From Myxococcota bacterium (lineage in GTDB: Bacteria; Myxococcota; XYA12-FULL-58-9; JALHOP01): a stretch of 28,298 nt of DNA. A program made the translations under genes and the position numbers. Every line of letters begins with the position of its first letter. Position 1 is the stretch's first letter. Where the stretch lies: positions 1 through 28,298 of the forward strand of contig JBGGMJ010000038.1 in the NCBI GenBank assembly GCA_041288095.1, in the 5' to 3' direction. The notes below the pieces were generated by a model. It was not told the origin of the DNA, did not search any database, and saw nothing but the letters and a program-made list of their open reading frames with translations. This document shows, piece after piece, positions 24,534 to 28,298 of the stretch.

Positions 24534-26591
24534 CTAGCCGGCTGCCCTGAGCCCTCGCGCCTTGATCACGAAGCGGCGGGCAAGGTCGAGCAGGGCGGCG
24601 CTCGAGAACGGTTTGTCGAGACGCTCGTTGGGCACCGACGCCAGGAACGCCTGCACGTCCGGATTCGAGGTGGCGCCGGACATGAAGACGAAGCGGTCGG
24701 CGAGCTGTGGGGCCTTGGCCTTCGTCACCCTGAAGAGCTGCGATCCAGAGAGCGCCGGCATCATGAGGTCGCAGATGATCAGATCGAAGGCGCGGTCGGA
24801 GTCGAGCAGGAGCTGAGCTTCGCGCGGGTCGGTCATGGGGACGACTTCGTGATCGCGTGACAAGACGCGGCGAAGGGCATTGAGGACCGCTGGGTCGTCG
24901 TCGATGAGCAACACCCGTCCACGCGAGCCGCCGTTCTCGCCCGAGCCTTCCGCGCTCGCGCCCTCGTCGGCGGGGAGCACGACCGTGAAGCGCGTCCCGC
25001 GCCCCTCTTTCGAATCGACCAGCAGCTCACCGCCGAGCGACGTGATGATGTTGCGCGACACCGGTAGTCCGAGGCCGGTGCCTACACCGACCGGCTTGGT
25101 CGTGAAGAATGGGTCGAAGATACGGCCAATGATACTCGCCGGAATGCCCGGACCGTTGTCCTCGACGGCGATGCTGACGCGACGGTTCGAGAGGCGTGAC
25201 GTCGTGATGGTGATGTGGTTCGCGCTCGCCGGGCCTTTTTCGAAGGCCTGAGCCGCGTTCATGAGGAGATTGACGAGCACCTGCGTCAGACGTGACTCGT
25301 CCGCTAAAACAGGCGGAACGTCGCCTTGTTTTTCCACGACGCTGGCCTTGTGGCGGATCTCGTGGGCCGCCATGCTGAGGGAAGTCTCGATGACGCCGGC
25401 GACCGGCACGCCGTAGAGGATGACGTCCTCGCGGGCGAGCGCGCGCAGACCCTTCACGAGCTTGCGGATGCGCTCCGCGCCTTCTCGCGCTTCTCCTACG
25501 ACCTGGGAGAGCTCGGCGAGGCGCGCCGACGGGGATGGACCGGCGATGACGCGTAGCTCTTCGAGCGCGAAGTCGAGGTTTCCGAGAATGTAGGCGAGCG
25601 GGTTGTTGATCTCGTGCCCGAGACCCGCCGAGAGCGTGCCGATGGTCGCGAGGCGCTCTTGCTGCGCGACCCGATGGTTCGCCGCCTTCATCGCGGTGAT
25701 GTCGTGGAACGTGTTCACAACCTCGACGAGCTCGTCGCCGACGAAGCGCGGAACGGAGTTGGCGCGTATCCAGGTGAGAGCGCCGTCCGGCTTGTAGACG
25801 CCGACGACGGCGCCCTGGACCGGCGCTCTGGTGCGGCTGGCAATGGTGGAGGGAAATTCGTTGCTCGGCAGCGGCTGTCCATTTTCGCGGACGGCGCGCC
25901 AGCTCGGATCCGTGGCGCTGCGCCCGCGGATTTGCGAGGCGGTGAGCCCGAACATGAGCTCTGCCGCGGGATTCGAGTCGGTGATGATTCCACCGGCGTT
26001 CTGGACGGTGATGCCTTCGGCCATGGTGGCGAAGATGGTGGTCAAGCGTTCGGCGGCTTGACGCGCCTGCTCACGGTGGGCGGCGAGCTCGAGGCGGCCG
26101 CGGCGGGCTTCGAGCTGATCGACCACTTGCTGCGCCAGTAACTGGAGCAGCTGCAGTTGGCGCGCTGACGGACGGCGCGGCTCCTGGTCGATGACGCACA
26201 GCGAGCCCAACACGTGGCCGTCGGGTGTGCTGAGCGGCATGCCCGCGTAAAAGCGAACGCGTGGATCACCCGTGACCAGCGGATTGTCCGCGAAGCGGTT
26301 GTCGTCTCGGGCGTCATTGACGATGAGCGGCCGTTCAGACGCGACCACATGTCCGCAAAAAGAGACGTCACGCGGGGTCTCGGGAGCGGACAGGCCGTAG
26401 CGCGCTTTGAACCACTGGCGCTCGGCGTCGACCATCGAGACCAGCGCGATGGGCATGTCGAGGATGTGGGCGGCGAGCTGCGCCAAGTCGTCGAACGCCT
26501 GCTCGGGCTCGCTATCGAGAATCGAATACGACCGCAGCGCCAGCAGCCGCTCGGCTTCGTTCTCGGGAATATTGGGCTTTTTCATGCGCAC
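24534..26591 (-). CDS. Hybrid sensor histidine kinase (GAF-PAS-HisKA-HATPase-REC), cytoplasmic
   Basis: GAF (NEAERLLALRSYSILD...SFCGH...RFYAGMPL); PAS (NPAAELMFG); H-box HEINNPL; N-box NLLMNA; DNGPGI, IFDPFFTTK, GTGLGL; receiver IDDD...CDLMMP...KPF. Confidence 0.95.
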   Translation of the reverse strand: MRMKKPNIPENEAERLLALRSYSILDSEPEQAFDDLAQLAAHILDMPIALVSMVDAERQWFKARYGLSAPETPRDVSFCGHVVASERPLIVNDARDDNRFADNPLVTGDPRVRFYAGMPLSTPDGHVLGSLCVIDQEPRRPSARQLQLLQLLAQQVVDQLEARRGRLELAAHREQARQAAERLTTIFATMAEGITVQNAGGIITDSNPAAELMFGLTASQIRGRSATDPSWRAVRENGQPLPSNEFPSTIASRTRAPVQGAVVGVYKPDGALTWIRANSVPRFVGDELVEVVNTFHDITAMKAANHRVAQQERLATIGTLSAGLGHEINNPLAYILGNLDFALEELRVIAGPSPSARLAELSQVVGEAREGAERIRKLVKGLRALAREDVILYGVPVAGVIETSLSMAAHEIRHKASVVEKQGDVPPVLADESRLTQVLVNLLMNAAQAFEKGPASANHITITTSRLSNRRVSIAVEDNGPGIPASIIGRIFDPFFTTKPVGVGTGLGLPVSRNIITSLGGELLVDSKEGRGTRFTVVLPADEGASAEGSGENGGSRGRVLLIDDDPAVLNALRRVLSRDHEVVPMTDPREAQLLLDSDRAFDLIICDLMMPALSGSQLFRVTKAKAPQLADRFVFMSGATSNPDVQAFLASVPNERLDKPFSSAALLDLARRFVIKARGLRAAG

Positions 26592-26671
26592 GCTGGCCTC
26601 GTGGCAAACAGCTCACTTGGCTAACGGCACGAACTAGTCCTGCGTAAAGCGGTCTAGCAGCGGCAAAAGCA

Positions 26672-27859
26672 CTAAAGCCTGTGCAGCTCCAGCAGTCCGC
26701 CGACCGTGGCCTGGATGCCGATGGGCAGGACCGTCTTCACCTGAGGCGCGAACTTGGGGTTGTGGTTCGATACCGTGAAGCTCGGGTCTGACGAGGCGCC
26801 GAGCAGGAAGCGCAGCACCGGCACTCCGAAAGCAGGACCGAAGAGGCTGAAGTCCTCGGACGCCATGACCAAGGCGGCGTCGACGACATTGTCGCGGCCG
26901 ATGCGTGTGGCGACACCAGCGCGGAACTTGTCCGTCAAAGCGGCGTCGTTCACGACGGGTGGAACCGATGACACCGACGTGACGGTGGGCTCGGGCGCCG
27001 CAGCCGTCTTCGCGAGGCCAGCGGCGATCTCGGGGATGCGTTTGACGAGACGCGCGCGCGTCGCGGCGTCGAAGGTGCGCATCGTCAGCCCCAACTTCAC
27101 CTCTTCGGGGATGATGTTCCCGGCGGTGCCGCCGTGAATCGTGCCCACGGTGATCACCGCCGTCTCGAGCGGATTCGCCTCGCGACCGACCAGCGTCTGC
27201 ATCTTGATGACGAACTCGGCGGCGATGACGACGGGATCGATGCCCTTGTGCGGCTGCGAGCCGTGAGCTCCGAAACCGCGAAAGACGACTTCGAAGTTGT
27301 CGGCGGCGGTCATCATCGGGCCAGCCGCGGTGAAGCCTACCTTGCCGGTCGGCACGTACGGATTGACGTGCATGGATACACATTGATCGGGCTTCGGGAT
27401 CTTGCCGGCGAGCCCGGCGTCGAGCATCGACTTCGCGCCCTTGAGAATTTCCTCGGCCGGCTGAGCCACGAAGACGAGCGTGCCGCGCCACTTGGCTTTC
27501 TCCTGCTTCATGGCTTCGGCGCTGGCGATGAGCGTCGTCGCGTGCAGGTCGTGGCCACAGGCGTGCATGACGCCAGCGTTTTCGCTCTTGTAGGGCAACC
27601 CTGTCTCTTCGGTGATCGGCAACGCGTCGAGCTCCGAGCGCACGAGGGTGACCGGGCCGGCGCCGTTCTCGAGGATGGCGACGACACCGCCGCCGACCTC
27701 GAAGGTCTTGAGGCCCAAGCGCTTGAGCTCGCCGGCCACTTTAGCGGACGTGCGCTTCTCCTTGAAGCCGACCTCCGGGTGGCGGTGCAGGTCTTGGTAG
27801 AACGACTCCCAGTAGTCGATTCCGGCTCCGAGGACAGCCGCCAGGACGAGGGCGTGCAT
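26672..27859 (-). CDS. M20D-family amidohydrolase (hippurate hydrolase-like)
   Basis: LHRHPE, RSELDALP, MHACGHD, QPAEE, GAHGSQPH, SEDFS, NHNPKF; start overlaps the SDR stop by 1 nt (TGATG on the minus strand). Confidence 0.93.
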   Translation of the reverse strand: MHALVLAAVLGAGIDYWESFYQDLHRHPEVGFKEKRTSAKVAGELKRLGLKTFEVGGGVVAILENGAGPVTLVRSELDALPITEETGLPYKSENAGVMHACGHDLHATTLIASAEAMKQEKAKWRGTLVFVAQPAEEILKGAKSMLDAGLAGKIPKPDQCVSMHVNPYVPTGKVGFTAAGPMMTAADNFEVVFRGFGAHGSQPHKGIDPVVIAAEFVIKMQTLVGREANPLETAVITVGTIHGGTAGNIIPEEVKLGLTMRTFDAATRARLVKRIPEIAAGLAKTAAAPEPTVTSVSSVPPVVNDAALTDKFRAGVATRIGRDNVVDAALVMASEDFSLFGPAFGVPVLRFLLGASSDPSFTVSNHNPKFAPQVKTVLPIGIQATVGGLLELHRL

Positions 27860-28298
27860 CAGCTTGCGTCTTCCCGCCGGGAACGCATCTTCGCGCCCAT
27901 CCGGTCGAACACCGCGTTGGGGAGGGACTTCAAGATGCCGACCGCGCCTTCCATCTGCCAGGGGAAGCTGTGCTCACGCTCGCGGCGGACGATGGCGCTG
28001 GCCATCTGCTCCACGCCTTCCTCGAGATCCATGAGAAAAGGCATGTAGAACTTGTTGCGCTCCGTCATCGCGGTCTTCACGAAGCCGGGCTGCAAGCAGG
28101 TGACGTCGACCTTGCTGTCGTGGAGATCGATGCGCAACGATTCGAGGAAGCTCGAGAGGAACGCCTTCGAGGCGGCGTAGGCCGCGTATTGCGGCAGGCC
28201 GCGGTGGCGGGCCAACGACGAGACGCCGACGATGTGTCCGCGATTGCGGGCAACCATGCCGGGCAGCGCCGCGCACAAGGTCGCCGCCGCGCCCTTGA
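27859..28298 (-). CDS. Short-chain dehydrogenase/reductase, 5' end outside the window
   Basis: GHIVGVSS (catalytic Ser), YAASK, PGFVKTAMT; frame stays open to the window edge. Confidence 0.9.
   Translation of the reverse strand, partial: KGAAATLCAALPGMVARNRGHIVGVSSLARHRGLPQYAAYAASKAFLSSFLESLRIDLHDSKVDVTCLQPGFVKTAMTERNKFYMPFLMDLEEGVEQMASAIVRREREHSFPWQMEGAVGILKSLPNAVFDRMGAKMRSRREDAS

Overview
A GC-rich bacterial chromosomal segment; gene content and style suggest a Myxococcota/deltaproteobacterium-like organism (inference). The left half carries the conserved proteostasis genes tig, clpP, clpX and lon, but every junction is interrupted by extra genes. (i) Between tig and clpP: a TPR-like protein ending in a Lon-type Ser-Lys protease domain with no AAA+ module, converging on an hsp20 gene followed by a Gly/Tyr/Pro/His-rich DPR-repeat protein with a structured leader. 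(ii) Between clpP and clpX: a TonB-dependent receptor. (iii) Between clpX and lon: a lipoprotein plus outer-membrane beta-barrel pair. The right half holds an EEP phosphodiesterase, a cNMP-TrxB-like oxidoreductase lacking CxxC, a three-gene DUF4349-like envelope operon with internal paralogy, a small secreted protein + HDxxxH protein + LysR cassette sharing a GAAAC-N15-GTTTC site, a double-YCII (DGPF) gene with an ECF42-like promoter, a membrane protein, a GAF-PAS hybrid kinase, an M20 amidohydrolase and a truncated SDR. I found no rRNA, tRNA, CRISPR array or transposase. The best candidates for undescribed systems are the TPR-LonC/repeat protein/sHsp insert (1774-5453) and the peptide/HDxxxH/LysR cassette (20610-22834). 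All family calls are by eye; no searches were run.
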